Of a stretch of DNA of 64,000 nucleotides, positions 35,931 to 49,346 are shown piece by piece (positions within the stretch are counted from its first letter, which is position 1; each line of letters starts with the position of its first letter). Made by a program: the position numbers and the translations under genes. Origin of the DNA: Chiloscyllium plagiosum (taxonomy: Eukaryota). The stretch covers positions 63,781,905-63,845,904 of the forward strand of contig NC_057718.1 in assembly GCF_004010195.1 (NCBI RefSeq). Reading direction: 5' to 3'. The notes below the pieces were generated by a model. It did not search any database, was not told the origin of the DNA, and was given only the letters and a program-made list of their open reading frames with translations.

Positions 35931-38900
35931 TCATCAAAATAGATTCAGCAAATTTCTCAGCAACTCCCCTCAGATGTTTATAACTCAATGGGTCATCAAA
36001 TCTCACTAATCTGCTCAAGGGATTAAATCTTCCATTTTTTCTAATTGGCCTTGAAAATCCTTCTTAAGAATGCTCCATTCATGACTGTTCCTTTCTGGCT
36101 GATCCTGTCCTGGTTCTATACTCCCCTGGCCTTTCAAACTGCACTCTAATACTCATTAATAAACATATCTCCATCTCTTCTCTAGCAGTGGACTTCACCA
36201 GCTAGTCCTGTTCAAGGTTTCCCCTGAGCTCAAGTTTTGCTCTGTGTCATCACACAAACACTGCTCATCAGCTTTTCAAGCCCTACTGTCTGAGCTGTAC
36301 TGAAGTATAAATGCTCACAGGCTTTCTTCATGCTCCTCGTGGTTTTTTATAACTCATAGCCAGTGGCCTTTCCATGTTCTTAGCACCTCAATACATCTTC
36401 TGAGCCCAAACTCTAATTATAATTCCTACTATATATTCTTGAATTGTATCTACAGACAGACACCAGTTGACCTTGACTTATTATTGAGTCTCCTGTGTGG
36501 AATCTGTATAATTCATCTATATTCCCATCTATCCAGCTAACTGAAGCAGTCCTAACATTGAATCTGCTTTAAATCCTCTCTCACTGCCTGTGATGTTTGA
36601 ACTTCTCTTCAGTGACCCCTGAACTGTCCTGAGTGTCTTTTATAGCCTTGCAATAAGCCTCTCCCTTATTGCTGGTCAGAACCGAATTGAACCAGCAACT
36701 CTTAGAATTGTCTGTTCCATTGCCAGTATTTCTGATCTGCTCAGTATAAAAATATGGATATTGATGGAGATAGCCCTTGTAACAACTTAAGATGTGTTTA
36801 TAGCTATTGTCACCTCAAGCATATGTGTTAAAGATTAACTATATTGTGATCATCTCAGACATCACCGTAGACAGCGGATCAGGTAGATGTGATCTCTGCA
36901 TAGTAGAGAGTGAGCATTAGACCCAGAGATCTACCATTCCTCAGCAACAGAAATGGATCTTCAAGAATTACACAGCAACATCATTTACCACAGGAATGAC
37001 ACACTTCAGAGAAGAATCGCCAACTGAGGCTCAGCAGATATCAGACCAACAATCAATGTACACCCATGCTGTTTAGAGATTTGTACAATTAAAGACTATG
37101 TGAGATGAAAATGGAATTGATTCATGTTCAGACACACTTTTTTGTGACCATTGCAATGTTTTGAAGATTCAAGCACATATAGCAAGTTAAATAGGCACTC
37201 ATGACAGCATGGAAACACAACCAGACTTCATGCAAGTATAATGCTCACATAGCAATGCATGAGGGACAGAAACGGCACTGTTCTTTTGTCAGATTAAGCC
37301 CTCAGCAAGTAGTATGACAATGACACCTTAGTTCAGTCTTTTAAAGACCAGGGTAACTTAATAGGTCTGCCAGGCTAAAGCTAGACAAAGGTCTGTATCT
37401 TGTATAATTGTGTTCTGTGATTATCCATCTTCCAGAATTGTGAGGTATGATGAACAAAGCTTAAAAGCAAGGGAAGTTGTAACTTTTGCACTAAATAAAT
37501 GTATTGAAACAGGCATCCTCAGTATTAAACCTAAAATCCTATCAAAGCTTGTGAAAAGTTACTGCAAATTTATAGATGCTATCTAACATTCCTATTTTGC
37601 AAACAGAAACATGAGAGATTACAGAGCTTGTCAAGAATTCTTATAACAAAGCTATCCAAGACTATCAATAACACAATGCCTGACAGAAATCTACACTGAA
37701 AGTCTAACCACATTTCAGGAAGACTAATTTGGGTGAAATTAGCTGGAAATTAGCAAAGTCTATTTCAATCTAAATTTTAATAGCAAATCTTTCCTAATTT
37801 AAAGAAGATAAAGATTAGGTTTGATGATATTGCATTGACTAATCTGCTGATTAAATTAATTGTTATATTGACTAGTTTGTTCACTAAACTAAACTGTTTT
37901 CATTATCAGTAGTTTCACCATTTTTCTGTAACTTTTAGTGCCCTTTATGCAGTGAATATGATTAGCACCATTGTAGAAACTCTTTGCAATACATTATATT
38001 TAACTCATCTCTGCAATATTCCTGAATACATTCTTTTTGCAATGGACTACATTGACAGTGAATATTTATGGAAAGTTTTCTTATCAGGACATTTAATTGC
38101 ATACATGCTTGGGTAATGCAATTGTGTTTAAATTGTATCCATATCACTTAAATTATGTCACTGAAAATGAGTTAATCATTGCATTATGTCATACCCAACA
38201 TTTATCCCTCAAAACCACAAAAACAGAAAATCTGATCATGAATCTAATTGCAGTTTATGAAATTTTGCCATATTCAAATTGGCGGCTGCTTTTTCCAACA
38301 TTAGAATAATAACCTGGCTTCAAAAGTATGTCAATGGTTATTGAGCTTTTTTTGATCTCTACTGAAGACATGGAAGGTTTACATGAATGCAAGTTTTTCT
38401 TTTAAGTTAGCATAGACGGGAACTTCTTGTTTGTGTTTTCAACAGTTCACTAAAGCTAACCTGTCAGTATAATGCATGTGTACTTTATTCTAACATTCAT
38501 TCATGCGATTTGGTTCTTGCCTTTGAGAAGATAGTGATCTGCCTCCTTCTATTGTTGCAGCATATCTGGCGCAGGCACTCTCACAGTGCTTTAGGGGGGT
38601 GCCACCATATCAAAGGCATGGTGGTATATATTCCAGTCGGTAATGGGTGTGACTTGGAGGGGAACTTAGAAATAATTGTGTTTTGTTGCATCTACTACTC
38701 TTGTCAGGCTTGGTAAATGTCATAGCAGGTGCTGTTGAAGAGGCCTTAGCAAGCTGCTTGTGAATTGTACCATCTGTAACCATGATGCTGGAAGTGAATG
38801 GTGGTGGATGGCGTGTCCATCAATTGCTATTGTGATGTAGAGTTTTATTTTCACCTTTGAGGCATGTAGCCGGAATTGGGAAAATTCCTGCTTGTCCAGC

Positions 38901-39474
38901 TTGGAAGAGGTCCCTGCAAAGATGATATTTTCATCATGGGAGAAGTGTGTGTGCAAGGCTGCAGTCAAGTCAGATGACTCAGATCAGAAGCAGCCATTGG
39001 GGTTTCTGGGAGCATAAGTGGGTTGTTTAAAAGGCTTTACTCAGTGCTATGGGACTTTGTCCCAGTTTTAATGAAAAAGGGAAGACCCTCCAGCGCTTCG
39101 ACCTCACCTTCACACACTTCCAGACAACTATTTCCCAAAACGAAAACAGAAGTTGCTGGAGAAGCTCAGTAGGTCTGGCAGCATATGTGAAGAGAAATTA
39201 AAGTTAATGTTTCTGGTCTGGTGACCCTTCCTCAGAACTGAATGACAAAACTGGAGTTATTTTTTTCTGGATGGTCACTCTTGGCATTAACCATGAGTAT
39301 TTTAATGTTCCAGTTGGAAATTTAAAATTTTCTTTGCTTGACCACAATGATGGTGATCCCACAGGATTTTATTATCCAGCCAGGAAAAAAGCCAGATTCT
39401 TTTTGAAACAGTGATCTATTTCCAATTTCTTCTATTTTCTCCCAACTTCTTTACAGTTTCTGATGAATTGCTAT

Positions 39475-39910
39475 GCTCATTAATGTCATCGATACCAATG
39501 ACATATGTAGGGAAAGGGATGAGAGGGAACATAGGAAACTAGGCAGGAGGTGAAAACATAGGTCCTCCAGGGTAGTAATTTCTGGACTACTACTGGTGGC
39601 ATGTGCGAGTGAGAGTAGGAATAGGAGGATAGGGCAGATGAATACTTGGCTGAAGAGCTGGTGCAAGGACCAAGGATTCACATTTTTGGATCATTGGGGT
39701 CTCTTCAGGAGTAGAAATGGCATGTATAAGAGTGATGAGTTCCACCTGAATTGGAAGGGGACCAATATCCTTCTGGAGAGATTTACTCATACCACATGGG
39801 AAGCTTTAAACTAGTGGAGGGGGAGGGATGCTGGGAGCCTGAGCAATAGTGAGAAAAGAGAAAAATGTGAGGCTGGTTCAGTAGATAAGGGGAGCAGGCC
39901 AAATAGTCAA
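39475..39910 (+). mobile_element. CR1 ORF1 (SGNH esterase-like) fragment
   Basis: RVVISGLL...RRIGQMNTWLKSWCKDQGFTFLDHWGLF...DEFHLNWKGTNIL. Confidence 0.8.
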
Positions 39911-40532
39911 GACATACAAAAGCAAGGTAAGACATTCCAACTCCTATATTCAAAGACCTGACCAAAGAAGGCAAGTGTGCTAAACGCCTACTTAATCACA
40001 ATGTGTCACAAATTTCAAAGATTTACTTTCCTGAATCCCTAGGTCTCTCTGTTCGACAACACTATCCAGGGTCCTATTATAAATTATATAAGTGCTGTCC
40101 TTGTTTGTATTATCACAATGCAATACCTTGCATTTATCTAAATTAAACTCCATCTACAACTCCTCAGCCCGTCACTGTCCACTATACCAACAACTTGGTG
40201 TCATCCACAAACTTGCTAACCGTGTCTTCTTTATTTTCGCCTCAACCATTTATATAAATTCCAAACAAAGGTGGACCCAGCACCAATCCTTGTGGAACAC
40301 TGCTGATCACAGGCATCCAGTCCAAAAAACAATGCTGTGCCATCACTCTCTGTCCTTGCAATTAAGCCAATTTTGTATTTAATTGGCAAGTTCACCCTGA
40401 ATCTCATGAGATCTATCTTTACTAATGAGTCTGCCATGTAGAATGTTGTCAACGGTTTTACTAAAGTCCAAGTAAACGAAGTCTACCACTTTTGCCCTCA
40501 TTAATCTTTTTAGTTACTTCATTAAAAAAAAT

Positions 40533-41300
40533 CCAAGATGGCGGTGGTTGAGTAGCAGCGCAGTATGTGGGCTCCTCAGCCTAGTAGCCCCTAGCTCATC
40601 TGCTCCATTTGCGTTTACTATTTTTCTTTCTCTTTCACTGTTTTTAATGTTTTCAATTATCAAAATTCATCTAACCTTCATTTAAGAGCTTCAGCTGAGA
40701 GTTTCTCCTGTGTGACTTCCGGCAGTCTGGACTGGCAGACTTTCCCGGAGTGGTAGTCTCGGCCTTGCGGAGCAATGTCCTGATGGAGGGGGTTTTCCTG
40801 GTTGAGGCCACAACAGCAGTCTAGCTAAATCTTCAGCAGTGCTTCCAGCTTGGTGGTCCGATGGCCCATCATACTGTTTTCTTCCATGGCTAGCAGTCTT
40901 GTCCCGGTGGTGTTTTCTTCGGCAGATGCTTCCAGCCAAGTGATCCAACCATCTGGCATTTTAAGTGGTGTTCTTGGTGGCAGTTTTCTTCGGAGGCTTT
41001 CAACACAGTTTTCCCAGCGTCATAGCGTTTTCAGTTTACGTTCCGGCATGGTGTTCTCGTCATGGATTGGTAGTCTCACTCTGGCTGTGCGTATTATGTC
41101 TTGATCGGCTCTTTTTCTGAGACCAGGAGCCTTTAAATGGACTTTGATGAACTTTTGTCTTAAATCTACTCTTTTTTGTCAGTTATGAATTTACTTACGA
41201 CCACTGTCATTAATATAGGTGCCACGGCATGGCAACTTATAACAATTTTCATTGTATTTTTCTTGTAAAAGTACATATGACAATAAATTCTGATTTCTAA
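40533..41300 (+). mobile_element. Non-coding retroposon with a YY1-like head and a Rex1-type tail
   Basis: Starts CAAGATGGCGG; ends GTACATATGACAATAAATTCTGATT, like the Rex1-type tail at 25729-25760(-); inserted in a CR1. Confidence 0.55.
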
Positions 41301-41397
41301 AAGACAAAATTTTCTTTGCACCATGTTGACTAATCCTCCTCATTTCTTGCCTCTTCAAATGCATGTAAATCCTATCTTTCAGAATCGCCACTGACAA

Positions 41398-42335
41398 ATT
41401 TGGATGTGAGCATAAGAGGTATAGTTAGTAAGTTTGCAGATGACACTAAAATTGGAGGTGTAGTGGACAGTGAAGAAGGTTACTTCAGATTACAATGGGA
41501 TCTTGATCAGATGGGCCAATGGGCTGAGGAGTGGCAGGTGAAGTTTAATTTGGATAAATGCGAGGCGTTGTAATTTGGGAAAGCAAATCTTAGCAGGACT
41601 TATACACTTAATGGTAAGGTCCTAGGGAGTATTGCTGAGCAAAGAGACCTTGGAGTGCAGGTTCATAGCTCCTTGAAAGGAGAGCTGCAGGTAGATAGCT
41701 TAATGAAGAAGGCATTTGTTATGCTTTCCTTTCCTGGTCAGAGTACTGAATATAGGAATTTGGACGTAGGACGTTAGTTAGGCCACTTTTGGAATCTTGC
41801 ATGCAATTCTGGTCTCCTTCCTATCGGAAGGATGTTGTGAAACTTGAAAGGTTCAGAAAAGATTTACAAGGATGTTGCCAGGGTTGGAAGATCTGAGCTA
41901 CAGGGAGAGGCTGAACAGGCTGGGGCTGTTTTCCCTGGAATGTCGGAAGCTGAGAGGTGACCTTATAGAGGTTTATAAAATCATGAGGGGCTTGGGTAGG
42001 ATAAATAGATAGGGTCTTCTCCCTGGGATGGGGGAGTCTAGAACTAGAGGACAAAGCTTTAGGGTTAGACCGGAAAGATATAAAAGAGACCTAAGGGGCA
42101 ACTTTTTCACGCAGAGGGTGGTGCATGCATGAAATGAGCTGCCAGAAGAAGTAGTGGAGGCTGATACAATTGCAACATTTAAAAGGCATCTGAATGTGTA
42201 TATGAATAGGAAGGGTTTGGAGGGATATAGGTCAGGTGCTGGCGAGTGGGGCTAGATTAGATTGGGGTATCTAGTCAGCATGGACAAAATGGACCGATGG
42301 GTCTGTTTCCTTGCTGTATATCTCTATGACTCTAT
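41398..42335 (+). mobile_element. CR1 LINE, 5'-truncated, with 3' end
   Basis: SKFADDTK...RPLLE...QRVVHA; tail CTCTATGACTCTAT. Confidence 0.9.
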
Positions 42336-43959
42336 AACTTACCCACCACCAATGTCAGACTCACAGGTCTACAGGATTCTCCTTGCAGCCTTTCTTAAGC
42401 AATGGCACAATATTAGCCACCCTCCGGTCCTCCAGTACTTCACCCATGTTTACAGGTGATACAAATATTTCTGCAATGGGCCCCGAAATTTCTTCCCTAA
42501 CTTCCCACAACAACCTTGCATACTGTTGCTCAGGTCCTGGAGATTTATCTACCTGATGTTTTCTAAGACCTCCGCACTTCCTCTTCTGTAATGCAAACTG
42601 CTTTCAACACAACAGTATTTATTTCCCTGAGTTCTCTAGCCTCCATTTCTTTCTCAACAGTAAGAACTAACCTGAAATATTCATTTAATATTTCTCCCAA
42701 CTCTGAATGTTCAACACACAGATGACCTCGTTGATCTTTACAAGGTCCTACTTTCTCTTCCGTTGCTCTCTTCCTCTTAACGTATTTGTAGAATCCTTTT
42801 AGATTATCTTTCATTTTATATGCCAAGGCTGTCTCATATCCCCTCTTTGCCTTCCAGATTTCCTTCTTAAGAATGCCCTTACACACTTCATACACTTCAG
42901 GAGGTTCAGTTTATCTCAGTTGCCTACATCTGATATATGATTCTGTTTTTATTCTTGACTAGAACCTCAACATCTTTGTTCATCCATTGTTTTCTAACCT
43001 TACAGCCTTGTCTCTCACTCTAATTGGAACATAAAGCCTTTGAAGTCTCACTATCATACTTTTGAAGCCTCCCACTTATCAGTCCTTTATTTACCTGCGA
43101 ATAATCTACTCCAATCCACTTTGGAAAGTTTTTGTTTAATTCCATTAAAATTTGCCTTACTCCAAATAAGAACTTTAACTTTTATAGAAGACTTATCCTT
43201 TTCCATAACTATTTTAAAAATATGATCACTAGGCCCAAAGAATCCTCCTACTAACTCTTCAGTCACTTCCCTCGCCTTACTTCCCAAGAGAAGGTCAAGT
43301 TTTGCTCCTTCTCTCGTAGGAACATTTACATATTGATAGAGAAATTTTTCTTGAACACATTTAACAAATTCTTTACTATTCAAACCTTTAACACTATGGC
43401 AGTCCCAGTCAATGTTTGGAAAATTAAAATCCCTTTTCTTACAACCTTATTATTCTTACACATGTTTGAGATCTCTCCACATATTTCCTTCCCAATTTTC
43501 CTCTGACTATTGCAGGGCCCATTTGAGGTGATAATCTCTTTCTTATTTCTAATTTCAACCCATGTAGTTTCACTAAATGATCCCTCAGCAAAGTCTTCTC
43601 TAATTACAGAATAATGTTTTGCTTCAGCAAAAACGACACTCCCCCTCCTTTCTGTCTTTCTATAGCATCTAAAACCCTGACAATTAAGCTGCTGTCTTTC
43701 CCGCAGCCTAGTTTCTGTGGTAGCTACAATGTCTCATCCCATGTTCCCATACATGCTCTGAGTTCATCAGCCTTACCTGTAAGACCTTTTGCATTGAAAT
43801 AAATGCATTTTAATTCTTCAGAGTTACTTCATTCTTTGATTTTCACTTGTCTGTCTTTTCTAATTATCTTGCTCTTTTCTGATTCAGAACCATCCTCACT
43901 TTTCTTTCTATTTTCAGTTACTGTTACTGCCCCCATCCCTTCTCTTTAAAAGTTAAATG

Positions 43960-45640
43960 ATCAAATAGTTAAAGTTCTAAATTGGAGTAAGGCCAATTTT
44001 GATGGTAATCGACAGAAACTTCCAAAAGTTGATTGGGGGAAGCTATTTTCAGGTAAAGGGACAGTTGGGAAGTGGGAGGCCTTTAAGAATGAGATAACGA
44101 GAGTTCAGAGACAGTATGTTCCTGTTAGTGTGAAGGCCAAGACTAAAAGGTGTAAGGAATGCTGGATGACTAGAGAAATTAAGACTTTGGTTAAGAAAAA
44201 GGAGATTTTTATCAGGTCTAGGCAACTGGAATTGAGTGAATCCCTAAAAAGGTATAAGAGCAGTAGTATATTTAAGAGGGAAATCAGGAGGAAAAAAGGG
44301 TACATGAGATAGCTTTGACAAATAGAGTTAAGGAGAATCTAAAGAGATACTATAAATACATGAAATGCAAAAAAGTAACGACGGAGAGAACAGGGCCCCT
44401 TAATGATCAACAAGGCAGTCTAAGTGTGGAACCACAGGAAATGGGTGAGGTAATAAACACATATTTCATGTCAGTATTTACTGTATAACAGGACATGGAA
44501 ACTAGAGAACTTGGGAAAATAAATAGAAATATCTTGAAAAGTGTCCATGTTACAGAAGACGAGGTGTTGGAGGTCTTAAAACGCTTAAGGTAGATAAATC
44601 CCTGAGACCTGATTAGGTGTTTCCCAGAACTTTGTGGGAAGTTAGGGAAGAGATTACTAGGCTCCTTGCTGACATATTTGTATCATTGACAGGCACAAGT
44701 GAAATGCCAGAAGACTGGAGGTTGACTAATGTTCTGCCAATATTTCAAAAAGGCTGTAAGGAAAAGCCAGGGAACCAAAGAACAATGAGCCTTATGGCAG
44801 TGGTGGGTAAGTTGTTGGAGGGGATTCTGAGGGACAGAATTTACATGAATTTGGAAAAGTGAGCACTGATTAGTGATAGTCAGCATGGCGTTGTGTGCTG
44901 GAAATTGTGTCTCACTAAGTTGATTGAATGTCTTGAAGAGGTGACAAAGAAGATTGATGAAGGCAGAGCAGTTGATATTGTCTACATGGACTTCAGTAAA
45001 GTGTTCAACAAGGTTCCGCATGGTAGACTGGTTAGTAAGGTTTAGATCACATGGGATCTGGGGGAGCTAGCCAATTGGATATAAAATTGGTTTGAAGGTA
45101 GGAGACAGAGGTTGGTGGTAAAGCGATGCTTTTTGGACTGGAGGCCTGTGACCAGTGGTGTGCACAATTGGTGCTGGGTCCACTGTTTTTTGTCATTTAT
45201 ACAAATGAGTTGGATGTGAATATAAGAGGTGTGGTTAGTAGTTTACAGATGATACCAAAATAGCTGGTGTAGTGGATAGTGAAGAAGATTTCTCAAAGTA
45301 CAATGGAATTGGGATCAGATGGGCCAATGGGCCAAGAAGTGGTGGATGGAGTTTAATTTAGATAAATATAAGGTGTTGCATTCCGTCAGACAAACCAGGG
45401 CAGGACTTATACACTTAATGGGAGGGCCTTGATGAGTGTCGGCGAATAAAGAGACGTTGGAATGCAGGTACCTAGGTCCTTGAAACTGGAGTCGTAGGTA
45501 AATAGGGTGATGAAAAATGTGTTTGGCACACTTGCCTTCATTGGTCATAGCATTGAGTACAGGAGTTGGGATGTCATGTTGCGCCTGTACAACACATGGG
45601 TGAGGCCATTTTTGGAATACTGAGTACAATTCTGGTCCAC
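43960..45640 (+). mobile_element. CR1 LINE ORF2 fragment
   Basis: PEDWRLTNVLPIFQKG, VYMDFSKVF, RPFLEY. Confidence 0.88.
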
Positions 45641-46129
45641 TGGGTTAAACAGTATTAGCTGGAATAAAGTTTCTTCCACTTATCTTAAAAATGTGCTAAG
45701 TTCTCAACTCCAAACATCACCCTATCCTATACCGCGGTAGTTATTAACAGTTTTCATACTAGCCATTCTCACAGTCACTAATGTATATGTATAGAACTCA
45801 TGATGGTAGATATTGTCTGGTGAGTGTAATTTAATCTGTGCACGAATTAATGCAAAATAATAATTATCTTGCTAATGCTTCACTGAGAAACATAGATACT
45901 TTCTCGTAGCGGTATCTGACTCCCCAATGATAAATAATGTTGTTATGTTAGTTAGCAGTGTCAGCTCACACCCATGTGCAACTAGGTCAAGACTTACTGG
46001 GATAAATTTTCCATCCAGGGCCACAGACCTCGGTTGGGACTGATTCAGGTCCTGAACCCAACCATGGTGACAACAATCACGTTTTGGGATTTTTGTGATA
46101 GCATCCCCTTAATTAGCGTGGAGCCAGAC

Positions 46130-47290
46130 TCCCTGTTCAATTAACAACAATTTATATAGCACCTTCACACATTGAAATATAACAAGAGCATTATGATTCA
46201 AATTATGACACTGAATCTCGAACCTAGATATTGGGTCATACAACCAATAACTTGGTCGGAGTGGTGGGTTTTAATAAGATTTTTAAAGGAGCAAAACAAT
46301 GTAACAAAGGGAAGAGGTGTAGACAGCTTGGGGATTTGGAACTGAAAGTGCAGCCCCCCAAGTGGGCAGTGATTGTGATTGTGAATGTGCAACAGCCTGG
46401 AATTATAGAAGTGTGGGTATCTCTGAAAGTTATGGGGTTGGATGACATCACAGTAACAGGGAGGGATTCAAAATCAGGTTATGAATTTCAAAATCAAAAT
46501 GTTGCATGGCTGAGCGTCAAAATAAGTCAGTGAACACAGGAATGAGAACTTGCTGTGAATTAAGACAGGGATTTAAATGAGGTCAAGGTTGTGGAGGTAA
46601 CATTTAAGAAACCAGCCAGCAATGTTTTGGAATAGTTAAGACTAGTTGTAAAACAAAGATGAGATTTAAAGTTTCAGCAGGAGATGAGCTGCTGCAAGGG
46701 CAATGTTGAGTGAAGTTGAAGAAGTAGAAATAGGTGTTCTTGAAGATGGCATAAGTATGAGGCCGGATGCTCATCCTGAGATCAAATTTTGAACCAGGGT
46801 TCAGAACAGTCAGGTTTAGTCTCAGATTGTTGCCAGGAAGCAGGAGGGAATCAGTTGCTGGGGAATGGTGTTTGAAGTGGGGACCAAAAACAACGGTTTA
46901 ACTTCTCCAGTATTTAACTCGCGGTCATCCAGTGCTGGATGTTGAATAAGCAGCAAATAATTTAGTTCAAGTAGAGGAGTCAGGAGATGTGGTGGTGAGT
47001 TAAAACTGGGTGTTGTCAGTGTACATGTGAAAACTAATGGTGTGCCTTCAGATATAGAAGCAGCCAAGTATTGACCCTTGGGGAACATCAGAACTAACAT
47101 TGCAGAAACAGGAAGTAAAGAAAATAGCAAATTAGTCTCCAGCTATGATTAAAGGGGTAAGAATGAAACACTTGAAAGCAGCGGGACAATACTGGAGAGG
47201 TTTTTGGGCGGATGGTTTAGTCAATTGACTCAAAAGACTGTAAGCAGGTTGACAAGACAGAGAAGGGGAAGTTTACTTTGTCACACTCTC
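46130..47290 (-). mobile_element. Old L2-like LINE fragment
   Basis: Degenerate VPQGSIL-like and LNxxKxx motifs on the minus strand; similar piece at ~51790-52135. Confidence 0.45.
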
Positions 47291-47544
47291 ACAGATCCTA
47301 AAGCAGCCCGACGGGATGTATGCTGAAAAGTAGGTGCTCTTTATTTAAAACTCAAGAAACAGCCTGTACATAATCTCTCAGCCTCCAAGACCAAATAGCA
47401 CCCCTCTGCCCTCTCTCACAGGTCTCACCTTCTGCAACCTATTCTCACAGGTCAGCACCCACAACCCCACCATGGCTCTCACAACTCTGGGCTCACAGAA
47501 ATTTTCAAGTACCAACATAGTATCAATTTGAAAAATTTGGCAAA

Positions 47545-48155
47545 ATTGCCCCATTGGGAGAGACTGGAACTAGGGGACACAACTTAAAAATAAGGGGTCA
47601 GCCATTTAAGACAGAGCTGAAGAGAATATTTTATTCTCAAAGCAGGAAGAATCCTCTTCCTGCAAAAGAAGTGGAGGGAGAGAGTAGGGTAATTGAATAT
47701 TTCTAAGGTTGAGTTTGATAAATTCTTGATTAACAATGGGATCAATGGAGACAGACATCAGCCATGATCATTTTAAATGGCAAAGCAAGCCCCAGTGGGT
47801 GAATGGCTTACTCCTACTCCTATTTTTATGTTAATATGTTCAATGTTATTTGAATAGCAAATTAGGGTACTTTTTTTTATTTGGTGAGAGGGAAAAGATA
47901 TAAAAGGGGCCTAAGGGGCAACGTTTTCACGCAGAGGGTGGTATCTGTACGGAATGAGCTGCCAGAGGAAATGCTGGAGGCTGGTACAATTGCAACATTT
48001 AAAAGGCATTTGGATGGGTATATGAATAGGAAGGGTTTGGAGGGATGTCGGCCAGGTGCTGGCAGGTGGGACTAGATCGGGTTGGGATATCTGGTCAACA
48101 TGGACGGGTTGGACCAAAGGGTCTGTTTCCATGCTGTACATCTCTATGATTCTAT
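47545..48155 (+). mobile_element. Two CR1 3'-end fragments (~47545-47840 and 47881-48155)
   Basis: TRGHNLK and FTQRVVxxxNELP motifs; CTCTATGATTCTATG tail. Confidence 0.8.
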
Positions 48156-48159
48156 GAAC

Positions 48160-48450
48160 CCATGTTGGCATCATTGGCTAGGTCAGTATTTATTGCCCAT
48201 CCCTAATTGTTCAGAGGACGGTTAAAAGTCAACCACATTGCTCTGGGCTGGAGTCACATGTAGTCTAGGTTGGGTAAGGACGGCAGATTTCCTGCTCCCA
48301 AAGAACATTGGTGAACCAGATGGGTCTTTAGAATGATCAGTAACGGTTATATGGTTGCCATCAGATTAGCTTTTTATTCCAGATTTTATTGAATTCAAAT
48401 TTCACCATCTGCCTTGGTGGGATTCGAATCTATGCATTGGATTATGTACC
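48160..48450 (-). mobile_element. tRNA-derived SINE sharing its 3' tail with the 24130-25510 LINE family
   Basis: B-box-like GATTCGAATCC on the minus strand; tail AATTAGGGATGGGCAATAAAT resembles 25441-25462. Confidence 0.6.
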
Positions 48451-48591
48451 CCACATATATGTACAATGTCACTGATTTCTTCACAATGATGAAGTTGTTC
48501 CCAAAGTTGGAGGGTTAGACATCCCATGCAGAGAAAAAAGTTTGAAGTCTACAAAGACCTGTATTGTGTTAGCCAGACATCCTAGTTCTGA

Positions 48592-48776
48592 GATGGAAAT
48601 GTGTTGCTGGAGAAGCGCAGCAGGTCAGACAGCATCTAGGGAACAGGAGAATTGACGTTTCGGGCATCAGCCCGAAACGTCGATTCTCCTGTTCCCTAGA
48701 TGCTGCCTGACCTGCTGCGCTTCTCCAGCAACACATTTCCATCTCTGATCTCCAGCATCTGCAGACCTCATTTTCT
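48592..48776. mobile_element. Fold-back Penelope pLTR mini-element (near-perfect palindrome)
   Basis: TSD CATCCTAGTTCTGA at 48578-48591 and 48777-48790; arms 48590-48665 and 48670-48745. Confidence 0.9.
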
Positions 48777-49106
48777 CATCCTAGTTCTGATAACAGTGAT
48801 TGAAAGAGTGCAGAGCAGAGTTGGAATGGTGCCTCCAACATTTAAGAACTTTGCCATCATGTAGTTAACGGAGAATTGTTCTTATATAATACATCCTCGT
48901 TTTCACTGCCTTCTGAGATTTTCCTTAGTGTGTTAAAAATATGTAATCTATTATCCCCAATTACGTTAACTATGTGCCTACTAACACTTACATCACGAGT
49001 AATTTTATTGGTTGAGTTTCAAATTTAAATAAAGATTTCTATCTTGCTTCCCATAATCAACATATTTTTGTTTGATATCATGTTTCATGTTAATTTTCTT
49101 TCACAG

Positions 49107-49250
49107 AGTAGTAGCTCCAGTGCCCTATGAAATATCAAAAGAGATTACAGCTGAAAACACAGATTGTAACAAGGGTCTTTTGCTAGGCATTGAACCTCTA
49201 GCCAGTCTTGAAGCTTCAGCTTTCAACAATCCATGTTTTTTTAGAAAAGA
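49107..49250 (+). pseudogene. Candidate exon (open frame, strong acceptor)
   Basis: TAATTTTCTTTCACAG| acceptor, phase 2; VVAPVPYEISKEITAENTDCNKGLLLGIEPLASLEASAFNNPCFFRK; weak donor GTACAT. Confidence 0.3.
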
Positions 49251-49346
49251 GTACATGTTCATTGTCTAAGTGGTGCGATTATAGCTTTCAAAATATTCAA
49301 AACATTAACTTCAATTTGTGTAAAAAGTGCAAAGGACTTTGTATGG

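Larger units (their letters stand above)
39930..43870 (-). mobile_element. Long decayed CR1 ORF2 (endonuclease to RT), split by two insertions
   Basis: Minus-strand ORFs FVKCVQEKFLYQYVNVPTREGAKLDLLL...SDH, KGFYKYVKRKR and KDRIYMHL; collinear across 40535-41300 and 41398-42335. Confidence 0.8.
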
